Notes under the pieces: generated by a model
What the model saw: only the letters and a program-made list of their open reading frames with translations
The model's database searches: none
What the model was told of the DNA's origin: nothing
Part shown: piece by piece, positions 39,997 to 50,785 of the stretch
Numbering within the stretch: the stretch's first letter is position 1
How the letters are laid out: every line of letters starts with the position of its first letter
Origin: Rhizophagus irregularis
Taxonomy: Eukaryota
Reading direction: 5' to 3'
NCBI RefSeq assembly: GCF_026210795.1
Contig: NC_089429.1
Location: 3,286,001 to 3,350,000 of the forward strand
Length of the DNA stretch: 64,000 nt
Made by a program: the position numbers and the translations under genes

Positions 39997-40563
39997 CTAC
40001 ACTCGGACCAACAAATAAAAAGTGCAGATAATAAAAGTGAAACTAGAGCAATGAGAAGTGAAGTTATAATAAAAGGAAAATTAGTATCAATAATAATAGA
40101 TTCAGGAGCATCAGTTAGTTTAATATCAGATAGATTAAGAAAAGAATTAAATATTCCAATAATAGAAAAGAGTGATATTAGATTTATAATGGCTAATGGA
40201 ACAAGAGTTGCATCAAAAGGAAAAATAGAAATAACAATAGAAATAAATGAAAATACAAAAATGAAAATAATTATGGACGTAATTGAATCAGTAGAAAAAG
40301 AATTAATATTAGGAAATGATGTGTTAAGAGAAAAGAAAGGAATAATAGATTATAATGAAAAGATATTAATATTAAGAGAAGATGGAAAAGATATTGAAAT
40401 ACCAATAGAATATGAAAATAATGACGAAAATATTAATGACGATAATGATAGTGATGATAGTGAAGATGATGATAGTGAAAATGAATATGAAGAAACAAGT
40501 GAACGAGAAATATATTTAATAAATAATGAAGAAAAAGGACATATTATAGAGGAAAACTACTAG
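39997..40563 (+). CDS. Retroviral-type aspartic protease, in frame with gag behind a single TGA
   Basis: IIIDSGASVSLIS and LILGND motifs; open from 39997, first ATG at 40051. Confidence 0.9.
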   Translation, partial: LHSDQQIKSADNKSETRAMRSEVIIKGKLVSIIIDSGASVSLISDRLRKELNIPIIEKSDIRFIMANGTRVASKGKIEITIEINENTKMKIIMDVIESVEKELILGNDVLREKKGIIDYNEKILILREDGKDIEIPIEYENNDENINDDNDSDDSEDDDSENEYEETSEREIYLINNEEKGHIIEENY

Positions 40564-42023
40564 GTCTTGGCCATAATAATGGAGAGACATTAAAGATGCA
40601 CAAAGATTGGACAGACGAAATAAAATATAAAGATTTAGAGAAATTACAAGAGAAAGAATTAAAAGATTTAGTTAAAGAATACGAAGATATTTGTATATAT
40701 GGGGATAAGAAAATAAGTAAAACAAATATAATAGAATGTAATATAAGATTGAAAGATGAAACGCCAATAAATCAAAAAGCATATAGAGAAAGTACAGAAA
40801 ATAGAGAAATAATAAAAAGAGAAATAGATAAAATGTTAAAAGAAGGAATAATACAAGAATCATGTAGTCCATGGTCGTCACCAGTAGTAATAGTAAATAA
40901 GAAGACAGGAGATAAAAGATTTTGTATAGATTTTAGAAAAATAAATCAAATGACTATAACAGACGCATACCCTTTGCCAAGGATAGACGACTTATTAGAA
41001 AAATTTAGAGTAGCAAAATGGTTTACAACAATTAATTTAGCAAGTGGATATTGGCAAATAGAGATGAAAGGAGAAGATAAAGAAAAGACAGCATTTATTT
41101 GTAGTCAAGGACTATACGAATTTAATGTTATGCCGTTTGGATTAAAAAACGCACCGGCAATATTTCAAAGAACAATGAATAAAATATTTAAAGAATATTT
41201 AGATAAATTTATGAACGTATATATAGATGATATTATAATATATTCGAAAAATTGGAACGAACATTTACAACATATAAAGATAGTATTAGAAGAATTAAGA
41301 AAAGCGGATATGATGTTAAAATTAAAGAAATGTGAATGGGCGAAAAAGAATGTAGAATATTTAGGACATATAGTAGGAACAGATGGATTAAAACCAGATA
41401 ATAAGAAAATAGAGAAGATTAAAAATTTAAAACCGCCAAAGAATATCAAACAAATAAGAGAAATAAATGGATTATGTTCATATTATAGAAAATTTGTGAA
41501 AGGATATTCAAAAATAGTAAAACCAATAATGGAATTAACGAGAAAGAATGTTCCTTTTGTATGGACAGATAAACAACAAAAAGCATTAGAAGAATTAAAA
41601 GAAAAATTAATAAATTATCCGATATTACAACATCCAAATTTTGAAAAAGAATTTATATTAATAACAGATGCATCAGGAGAAGGATTAGGAGCTATATTAG
41701 AACAATTAGATGAAAATAATAGAGAAATAGTTATTAGTTATGCAAGTAGAAGTTTAGTAAATGCAGAAAAGAGATATCCGATAACAGAATTAGAATGTTT
41801 AGCAGTATTTTGGGGAATAAAATATTTTCATAAATATTTATTTGGAAGAAAATTTAAAGTAATAACAGACCATGCAGCATTAAAAGGATTTATAAGTACA
41901 TCAAAAGTTCCTAAAGGAAGAAGAGGAAGATGGATGATGGAATTACAACAATATGATTTTGAGATAATACATAGACCAGGAAAAGAAAATAAGAATGCTG
42001 ATGCGATGTCAAGGTTAATATGA
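40551..42023 (+). CDS. Reverse transcriptase-RNase H, in the -1 frame relative to protease
   Basis: SPWSSPVVIV, RFCIDFRKIN, YPLPRIDDLL, MPFGLKNAP, YIDD, ITDAS, ELECLA, TDH and ADAMSR. Motif A reads TINLASGYWQ (Asp to Asn). First ATG at 40596. Confidence 0.95.
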   Translation, partial: GKLLGLGHNNGETLKMHKDWTDEIKYKDLEKLQEKELKDLVKEYEDICIYGDKKISKTNIIECNIRLKDETPINQKAYRESTENREIIKREIDKMLKEGIIQESCSPWSSPVVIVNKKTGDKRFCIDFRKINQMTITDAYPLPRIDDLLEKFRVAKWFTTINLASGYWQIEMKGEDKEKTAFICSQGLYEFNVMPFGLKNAPAIFQRTMNKIFKEYLDKFMNVYIDDIIIYSKNWNEHLQHIKIVLEELRKADMMLKLKKCEWAKKNVEYLGHIVGTDGLKPDNKKIEKIKNLKPPKNIKQIREINGLCSYYRKFVKGYSKIVKPIMELTRKNVPFVWTDKQQKALEELKEKLINYPILQHPNFEKEFILITDASGEGLGAILEQLDENNREIVISYASRSLVNAEKRYPITELECLAVFWGIKYFHKYLFGRKFKVITDHAALKGFISTSKVPKGRRGRWMMELQQYDFEIIHRPGKENKNADAMSRLI

Positions 42024-42221
42024 GAAAGATAAAAGTTTAGAAAATAATAAATAGTAATGAATAACGAGATAAATAAAATTAAAAAATGGTTGAAAGAATA
42101 GGATTAGAAATATATATATTTATAATTCATACAAATATAAATTATCATTGCATATTATTTGAAGATAAAGAAATAAAATTTATTTTACCATTTGAAAACG
42201 AAATAGAAAATTTATTAACAA

Positions 42222-43445
42222 ATGGATGAAAAAGAATATGATAAAATTGTAAAGAATATAGAAAAAGAAGAAAAATACGTACAAGAAAATGGAGTTTTAT
42301 ATAAAATTAAAGATGAAAATAAATTTAGAGTAATAAGAAGATTTGAATTAGAAGGAATAATGTATATGATGCATGATCATGAATTATCAGCACATTTTGG
42401 GATTCAAGCTACATATGAAAAAGTAAAGGAAAAATATTGGTGGAAGAATATGAAACGAGATGTAGAAAAATATGTAAAAAGTTGTGATAATTGTCAAAGA
42501 AGAAATAATTCACAAGGGTTACATGAATTACATCCAATAGAAGTAAAAGAACCTTTTCATATGATTGGAATAGATGTAATAGGACCATTACCAAGAACAG
42601 AAGAAGGAAATAAATATATAGTAGTAGCAATAGATTTCTTTACGAAATGGCCAGAAGCAAAAGCAATAAAAGAAGCAAATGCAAAAGAAATATCAAAATT
42701 CATTTATGAAGAAATAATTTGTCGACATGGATGTCCAAAGAAAATACTTACAGATAATGGATCGGAATTTAATAATCAATTAACTAAAAATCTTACAGAA
42801 AAATTTAATGTTCAACATAAATTCTCGACTCCTTATCACCCTAAAACAAATGGATTAGTAGAACGATTTAATAAAACATTAATAGAATCATTGGCGAAAT
42901 TAGTAAAAGAAAAGTTAACGATATATAGAAATAGAGAATATGAAGATAAAAATTGGGATCAAAGAATAGCACCAATATTGTTTGCATATAGAAGTAAAAT
43001 ACAGAAATCAAGTAAAATGACACCATTTTATTTGACTTATGGAAGAAGAGTAATATTACCGAATGATGAAGAAGTTAAAGGAATTACAATGATTAAAAGA
43101 ATAGAACATATAATAGAAGAATTACCAATAAAAAGACATGAAGCAAAGAAGAATATTGAAAAAGCACAAGAACAACAAAAGAAATATCATGACAAAATTG
43201 GAAAACGAAAACAAAACTTTCAAATAGGAGATAAAGTATTATACTTTGATGCGGCGAAATACAAAACACATACAGGAAAACTAGAAGAAAAATGGAAGGG
43301 ACCGTATTATATACGTGAAGTAATAATAAATGGATCGTACAAAATTAAAGAATTAAATGGAAGAATTTTAAGAAGACCAGTAAATGGAGAATTATTAAAG
43401 GAATATTTTGATAGAGAAATATTTGAACCATATATAGTAATATAA
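42222..43445 (+). CDS. Integrase as a stand-alone ORF
   Basis: HHCC (HD..AHFG..CDNC), D (IGIDVIGP), D (TDNGSEF), E (NGLVERFN) and C-terminal GPY/F (WKGPY). Confidence 0.95.
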   Translation: MDEKEYDKIVKNIEKEEKYVQENGVLYKIKDENKFRVIRRFELEGIMYMMHDHELSAHFGIQATYEKVKEKYWWKNMKRDVEKYVKSCDNCQRRNNSQGLHELHPIEVKEPFHMIGIDVIGPLPRTEEGNKYIVVAIDFFTKWPEAKAIKEANAKEISKFIYEEIICRHGCPKKILTDNGSEFNNQLTKNLTEKFNVQHKFSTPYHPKTNGLVERFNKTLIESLAKLVKEKLTIYRNREYEDKNWDQRIAPILFAYRSKIQKSSKMTPFYLTYGRRVILPNDEEVKGITMIKRIEHIIEELPIKRHEAKKNIEKAQEQQKKYHDKIGKRKQNFQIGDKVLYFDAAKYKTHTGKLEEKWKGPYYIREVIINGSYKIKELNGRILRRPVNGELLKEYFDREIFEPYIVI

Positions 43446-43509
43446 TAAGTTTGAGACCCGAATTCGATTCTTAATTTATGGGACATAAATTTTTTAAGAG
43501 GAGGATAAA

Positions 43510-44085
43510 TGTAATAACTGAAAATATAATAAATAAATGACGCAGTAAATCCTGTGGCGCAGTAGGTCACATGATATGGTTACACAAGAAGAAATGGTTG
43601 GGAATACAAAAGTCACGTGACAAGTCACATGGCGCAGTAAATGACGGATAAACATTTAGCCGATGGATAAATAATTAGCCAATAAAATTATATTTATAGT
43701 TTAGTTTAGTGTAACAAGAAAGTCATATGATAATACATCTTTTATTTCTTATTATTCTTAGAATTTTGATAGAGAGAAAGAGTAGTAGATAGTAGAAATG
43801 ATTTTCTTAAAATGTATAAATACAAGTGGATTTCGATAGGAAATTCCGCAGTTCAATTTTTGAAAAAAAAATAAAATTTTTAATTCGCCTTTAATAAAAA
43901 CTAACACATTCTTTTTGCCTTTTTCTTATGAGTAAAAAGTGCCACATTAATTATTTTAATTAATGGTTTATTAATGTTTTGTAACTAAATTTTATTTTAA
44001 ACCAAGCATAGATATTATACGAACTCAACACGTCAGTGGCAACATACGATATTTTATCTTAATATCCTATGGGCGGCATGTCACA
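43510..44085 (+). repeat. 3' LTR (576 bp)
   Basis: Direct repeat of 35137-35712, preceded by a polypurine tract. Confidence 0.97.
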
Positions 44086-44607
44086 AGGTAGAAGATGATG
44101 AGGAAGATTCTTGATCACTATCCATCATTGCCTACTTTGATTGCTTTGATTGAGAAGAGGAATTTGTGAAAAAAGATTTGTGAGCAAATTTATAGATTTC
44201 GAAGTTGTTGAGATTTGACTACGCGAATGAGTAACGCGAGATACGCGAATGAGTGATGCAAGATATGCGAACTTGATTTTAAAAAACTGCATGCGAATCT
44301 GATCCAAAAGAATAATTAAACGTTTATTTTATTTTACCAAAAACGCGAAACTGATTTTGAAATAGGAATTAAACGCAAAACTAATCTTAATCTTAAGGAA
44401 GAATTGAACGTGTATCTGATCCTAAAAGAAAGGTTGAACACGAAATTGAAGAATTGAACGTGAACTTGTTCCTGATCCTAAAAAAGTGATTGAAGAACCT
44501 GATTTTGGAAAAATTGAATTGATAATTTTTTTGAAAATTTTTTAATAAGCGTATTTCATTTAAGTAATTGTAACCTTAACTTTCTTAGCTATTTCATAAA
44601 ATACAAA

Positions 44608-47600
44608 ATGAATAATAAAAAAAGTAAAATTGAAACCTTTAACTCCGTGTCTGATTTAGTAAAACACAAAAAAAGTAAAATTGAAACCTCCACCTCTGTT
44701 TCTGATTTAGTAAAACCCAGGAAAAGTAAAATTGAAACTTCTGCCTCCATGTCTGATTTAATAAAATCCAAAAAAAACTAAAATTGAAATCTCTACCTCT
44801 GTATCCGATTTAATAAAATCTAAAACGGCCAATTCAATAAAATCAAAAAAACCAAAAATGGCCGATTTAATAAAACCCAGAAAAAGGTATTTGTATCCAT
44901 GCCATTGTATTCATTGTGACGGTGCAGAGGTTGATTTTCGCACTCAAGAAAATCATACAAATGATGAAAGTTTGTGAAACTCAGAGGATACTAGGAAAAA
45001 TCAGGAAGATATTATTACAGCGAGAAAACAAAAAAGATTAATCATTATTCAAGATGTAAACTTTACAAAAAAGCGAAAAAGGGCATCAAGTTCTAATCTT
45101 GATTCTTCCCAACATAATAGTGGCTTTAATCCTTTCAATGAAGATACTGATTCATTCCAACCAAATAATAATGAAAACATACATACATTATTTTCATCAT
45201 CACCATTATTGCCAAATCCTTCTTATTTTCATGTTCCAGCACCTGATGAAAATAAGGATAACGATGAATATATATATTACAATGAAGAAGAAAAAAATGA
45301 TGATAATGAGGATGACGGTGATGAGGATGATGGTGATGAGAATAATGGTGCTGAAAATAATGGTGGTGAAGATGAAGGCGATTATAATGAAGAAGAAGAT
45401 GATGATGATGATGGAGATGATGAGGAGGAGGAGGAGGATATAGAAGAATTTTTTTCATCTCCTGAAATTGGTAATGATGAAGTATTTGTGATGGAAAGTT
45501 TAAATGATTCTATAGAAACTGAAATTATTCTATGGGTATTCAAATTTCAGTAAAGATTTAGACTTCCAGATATAGCACTTGAAGTATTAATAAAATTCTT
45601 ACATATTGTACTTACTCGTTTAGATAAATCACAATTTAAAAATTTTCCAGCATTCTTATATCTTGCAAAAAAAATGTTAAATATCTTTCAACCAAAAATG
45701 CAGTTAGCTGTATGCAACAATTGTCATAAATTGTATAATGTTAGAAATATTGTTGAATACAAAGAAGAAGGAAAAGCTGCTATTGCAAATTGCCTACATG
45801 AAGAATTCCCAGATAATCCAGTACCTAGTCGTCATAATAAATGCAACAATCCACTTTCTATTCTTAAAAAAAGAAAGGGTAAAATAATTGCTATACCTCG
45901 TATGATTTACTCTAAACCAAGTATTCGTCAGCAATTAAGTATGTTATACCAACGACCTGGGTTTGAAGATATGCTGGAATTATCAGGAATTCAAAGAGGA
46001 GGGGTTACTACCTATTCAGATATTTATAATAGTAATGTATGGAAAACTTTCCCATTTAATGGTGATACCTTTTTTACACCAGAAACTGCGACAACACACC
46101 TGGGCCTTCTCTTTAATCTTGATTGGTTTCAACCTTTCACCTATACTCAACACAGTGCTGGTGCTATTTACGCGTCTATCTGTAATCTTCCGAGAACAAA
46201 AAAGAATAAACCTGAAAATATTATTTACTTAGGTTTTTTGCCAGGACCGAAAGAAGTAAGGTTGGAACATATTAACCATTATTTAGCCCCTATTGTGGAT
46301 GAGCTTTTAGAACTCTGGAAGGGCTGGAGAGTTCCAAAGACCTACCAATATACTGAAGGTTTAGACATAAAAGTTGCATTAATTATTGGATCATCAGATA
46401 CACCAGCAACACGAAAGTTATTTGGGCATGGCTCAGCAGTAATGAAATGTCATAGGTGTGAAAAGCGTAGTACTTATAGTGAAGTTTATAAAAAAACTCA
46501 TTATGGAGGAATGCAAGAATATGATAAATGGGTAACAAATCCCATAAATCCTTTATTACATAGGCAATATGCTCATGAATGGTTGCAATGCAATTTGAAG
46601 TCCTCCAGAGATACACATTTTAAAGAACATGGTGTAAGGTGGAGCGAGTTGCTTTGCTTACCATATATGGATTCCATAAGATTTGCCGTAGTGGATCCAA
46701 TGCATTGTCTTTTTCTAGGTATAGCAAAATGGATAATCAAATCCATTTTCATTAATCAAAATAAGTTAAGCATGGAGCAACTTCGAATTGCACAAAAGAG
46801 AATGGATTATATTGAATTACCTTCTGATATCGGTAGAATCCCTCCAAAGATTGCAATTGGAAATGAAGGTTTTTCAAATTTAACTGCTGATCAATGGAAA
46901 ACCTTTATTATGATTTATTCCATGCCTATACTATGGGACATGTTAGATAATAATGATAGAAAAATCTTAGGACATTTTGTTCGAGCATGTAATCTTTTAG
47001 TAGCAAGATTTATTACAGAAGATGATCTGAGAGAAGCGCAAGAGAGGTTGAAGGACATGGCTCACCTTATAGAAAGAACATATAGGCCGGAATTTATAAC
47101 AAGCAACATACACCTTGCACTTCATATTCCCGACTGTTGCCGTGACTATGGTTCCATATATAGTTTTTGGCTTTTTCCATATGAGAGACTTAATGGATAT
47201 ATTGGTAAGATGTTTGTTGTTATATTACTATTTTTTAAAAATAAAGAATACAAATAAATCTATTATTATTATCCAGGATCATACCCTAATAGTAATCGAC
47301 AAATAAAGCCTGGACTTATACGAATCGTTCTTAAGAATACTTTAATAGATTATCATTTATCTTATAAATGGTCATCTGGTCTTCTAAAAGAATCTCTTAG
47401 TCTTATTATGCCAAAGAAAGCTGTGGGTAGTTTGGCATTTACGGCAGAAAAGGATGAATTACAATACTTTTTGTCCATGAGACATAATACATCTACGTTT
47501 TTCAAAATATATGGTACTGAGAAATTACCGGGTCAAATGCTTAATCCTTCGTGTTTCAAAGTTATTATACCTTTAGTATTGCGTAGATTTCTATGTGAAT

Positions 47601-48095
47601 GGTATTCTATATTATATGAAAAAGAATAAAATGAAATATTAGGATTTATGGACCTGGTAATTGATCAACACGCAAGATTACAAATTGGTGCTGAAATATT
47701 TGGATCTATGATTTCGGGTCATCAAGAAAAAAATGTAACTATTCTTGCAAAATGGAAAGCGTCTAATGATGATTCAGTTGATATATACCCAGGAAATGTT
47801 CAATATTATTTTGAACATACACTTAGATTACCTGAAGGACCAAGAAAACATCTTCTAGCATATGTTAAGTGGTATAAAAGTGCACCTTCCTCTGATATCC
47901 GGTTTAAACATAGATTCATAGAACCAGAGATATCAAATACCGAACTATGGCAAGCTGAATACTTTCAGGAAGGTTGTGATTCAATAATAGCTGTTCATAG
48001 AATACTATGTATGAGCTACAAAATTTAAAAGTGTGTGCGTAGGAAAAAGGAAATATTTGTCAATAATACCATTAAATAGAAAATTTAATTTATAG
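44608..48095 (+). pseudogene. CACTA/EnSpm (Tnp2/Plavaka-like) transposase pseudogene of element A, with N-terminal 17-aa repeats and an acidic tract
   Basis: CHCIHC, AVCNNC, NLDWFQPF, DTPATRK, VDPMHCLFLG, GRIP, LTADQW, HLALHIP, FWLFPYERLNGYIG. Stops at ~44975, 45551 and 47627; intron ~47206-47276. Paralogous to 26138-29255. Confidence 0.9.
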
Positions 48096-49116
48096 ATTTC
48101 TTTAAAAATTAACATTTCATTGTATTACATTCGATAATAAAGGTAATACGGTCATACAGAATACAATAATAAAATTTCCTTTTATAATAATTAAAATTGA
48201 TCATCACACCAAAATCATAAATTGCTAAATTTGTTAAGTGACAATATTAAATTTTGCTCGTAGACAAAGTCAAAATTAACCTTATATAGAATAAAGATCT
48301 ACCGATGATTAATTCGCGATTAATATTTAATTATGCAGACGCAAATTTTTACAATTACTTTACAATTAAAATTGATTGTATGCAAATCATGTACGAAATA
48401 TATTAACATTATTAAATAACAATCATTGGTATCATACCGCACTAATAATCAGTCGGTGTCAGTCATAATTGTATTTGTAAAAAAATAAAATTTAAACAAA
48501 GACTGATTTAATAAATTTATAAATTTTTTTCTCGTGACGTTCACTCAACTTGCAAGGAGAATATTTAATTTATTTACGCTAGATATATTATAGTTCTTAA
48601 AATTGTTTTCTGTATAATAAATTTAATGATATAATACTTGTATCATTTAATTGTGTAATACCTGTATCAATCAAACATATCAATTTATTGATTACTTTAA
48701 AACTGATTTTTTTAAGAGTATACAAAATTATTTCTCTGATTCGTAATACAGAAATAATAGAAATAATCACAATTAAGATCAAATCATATTATAATTATGC
48801 ACAGAAAAGTGGTATATTTTTTTACATAAATAAGGCAATTATCGAATTTTTTTTATTTATCTTTTAACCCAAGTTTTCATTATAATAAATCAATTTTTTA
48901 ACCCAATTTTTCATCATAATAAATCAATTCTTCATCTATAATAAATAATCATTTTTTTATTTTTTTATTTAATTTTATTTTTTTATTGATTTTATTTTTT
49001 TTGTTAATTTAATTTTATTTTTTTTTGTTAATTTTATTTTTTTTGTTAATTTTATTTTTTTTTGTTAATTTTATTTTTTTTTGTTAATTTTATTTTTTTT
49101 TATTAATTTTATTTTA

Positions 49117-49930
49117 ATGGCCAATCCTAATATTTTAAACGTCAACATAAATAATGTACTTTTAAACTGGCCATTTAATGCCACCAGGGCATTAATTAGG
49201 TAAATTTGTATAAATCTTACAAAAAAAAAATGGAAAGTTAAAATGATAACTTTATTTATACTAATTAGATACCGCCGCCTATATCACAATGTCTTTAAGG
49301 ATCGATCGATCCATGATCATTCAATTATATGGGCGAGAATTGCGGCGAGAATAAGCAATAATTATAATTTTATCGTTACCCAAAATCAATGCCGCAATAA
49401 GTGGCGGGCATTGAAGAGAGGTGAATCTTTTACCATTTGTAATTAATTTGTGAATATTAGTAAATACTTTATTAATATATTTAATTAATAATAGGTTTCA
49501 AAAATTTGACTAGGATTAATAATGGTTTGTATATTTGAGGTTAACATTAAATTTCTTAACCAATTCACATAAAACCAATTTTATTTATTTTAGGGAATCC
49601 TGATGGTCACCCGATCCACTCTCCCAACAATTACGATATTCGCTTTTTTAATGAATTAAGCGATGAATTCTGGCTGCAAACTAGTAATTGATTCGATCTT
49701 AATTATGATACTTTGTATATATTACTGATTCATTAAATTTATATTTACATTTTTTTCTTTTTATTTTAGACAGGTTACGCAGGGCGTACCTGCAGCAGAG
49801 AGTGGATCAATGGACCTATAGGTATAGGGAACAACGCCGGCGTCATTTCCGAAGCCGTAGCAGCAGCAGCAGCAGCAGCAGCGATCGGAGGAGAAGAAGA
49901 AGAAATAGAAGAAGAAGAAATAGGAATTAA
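49117..49930 (+). CDS. Intact 5-exon Myb/SANT-like (trihelix/MADF) DNA-binding protein with Ser/Arg-rich tail, carried by element A
   Basis: Spliced peptide MANPNIL..NWPFNATRALIRYRRLYHNVF..IWARIAARISNNYNFIVTQNQCRNKWRALKRGF..DEFW..RSRSSSSSSSSDRRRRRRNRRRRNRN*. All junctions are GT-AG and in phase. Confidence 0.8.
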
Positions 49931-50027
49931 GGTAAATACTAATTAATCATGAATTTATAATTAGATGGATATATATCACTAATGCGTAAAACTATAATCT
50001 TATTCCATGAATTTTGTGAAAAATAGA

Positions 50028-50220
50028 CCTTCCCTTCCTTTCGTTTTCCCTTCTCTTCCCTTCCCTTCCCCTTCCCCTTCCCTTTCCCCTTCCCTTTCGT
50101 TTTCCCCTTTAACTTTTGTTTTCCCATTTACCTTTCGTTCTCCCTTCCCCTTCCCCTTCCCTTTCGTTTTCCCTTTTACCTTTCGTTCCCCTTTCCCTTC
50201 CCCTTACCCTTTCCCTCACT
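50028..50220. repeat. Polypyrimidine (cttccc)n-like tract; paralog at ~55000-55215
   Basis: Nearly pure C/T strand for ~190 bp. Confidence 0.9.
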
Positions 50221-50785
50221 GGAATCGTCATTTTTAATCTTTTATTTTAGTTTATTATTTTTATTATATTTTTTATTATAATAATAAACAATATTCTTAT
50301 ATCAAATTTTCTTTATTTTTTAATATAATATTGTTAATTGGTTTTTGATTTTTGGCTTATAAAAAACAACTGATAAACATAAAAGCTATGCGGGCAAACA
50401 AAAATGATAATCCTTAATCTTCATTATTATGGCCATCTAGAATCTATATAATTAAAACGTTTAGTCTGTATAAATAAATTATAATTGCGAGCCATCGCCC
50501 GTGATCTATTATAAGCTTATTAATCAATTAATACCCAATAATCATCATTGTTATTGATATATATTAACCAATTAGGATCATTATGATTACATGCATGTGA
50601 TATCTAAAAATAGATAAAATCGTGTGATTGTTTTTTGTTTATTTTTAATTTTTTTCTTATTAAAACTTACAAAGTAATAAAAAAAATGTACCCACCAACT
50701 CATTCAAAAGAAAAAAATAAAAGAAAGGAAATAATATGCCCACCTACCCACATACAAAAAAGAGAAAAGTTTCTTTTAAATAAAT

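Larger units (their letters stand above)
35137..44085 (+). mobile_element. Full-length Ty3/Gypsy LTR retrotransposon, 4-bp TSD AGGT
   Basis: TG...CA LTRs at 35137-35712 and 43510-44085. PBS-like tggtgcatgctcacgag at ~35717, PPT aagaggagga at ~43496-43505. Order gag-PR-RT-RH-IN. Confidence 0.97.
34046..44310 (-). pseudogene. Spliced accessory gene of element A, disrupted by the Gypsy insertion
   Basis: Exon peptides KEKENIITKLLPPLYKL.., LQRLLHDRIDP.. and PVDTPNWCL..KKRG*. Coding-like sequence resumes after the 3' LTR at 44086. A second copy lies at ~15465-17287. 5' end approximate. Confidence 0.6.

Noticed and set aside
45099..45458. His-rich and Met-rich ORFs
   Set aside because: Alternative readings of the GAT/GAA acidic tract of the transposase.
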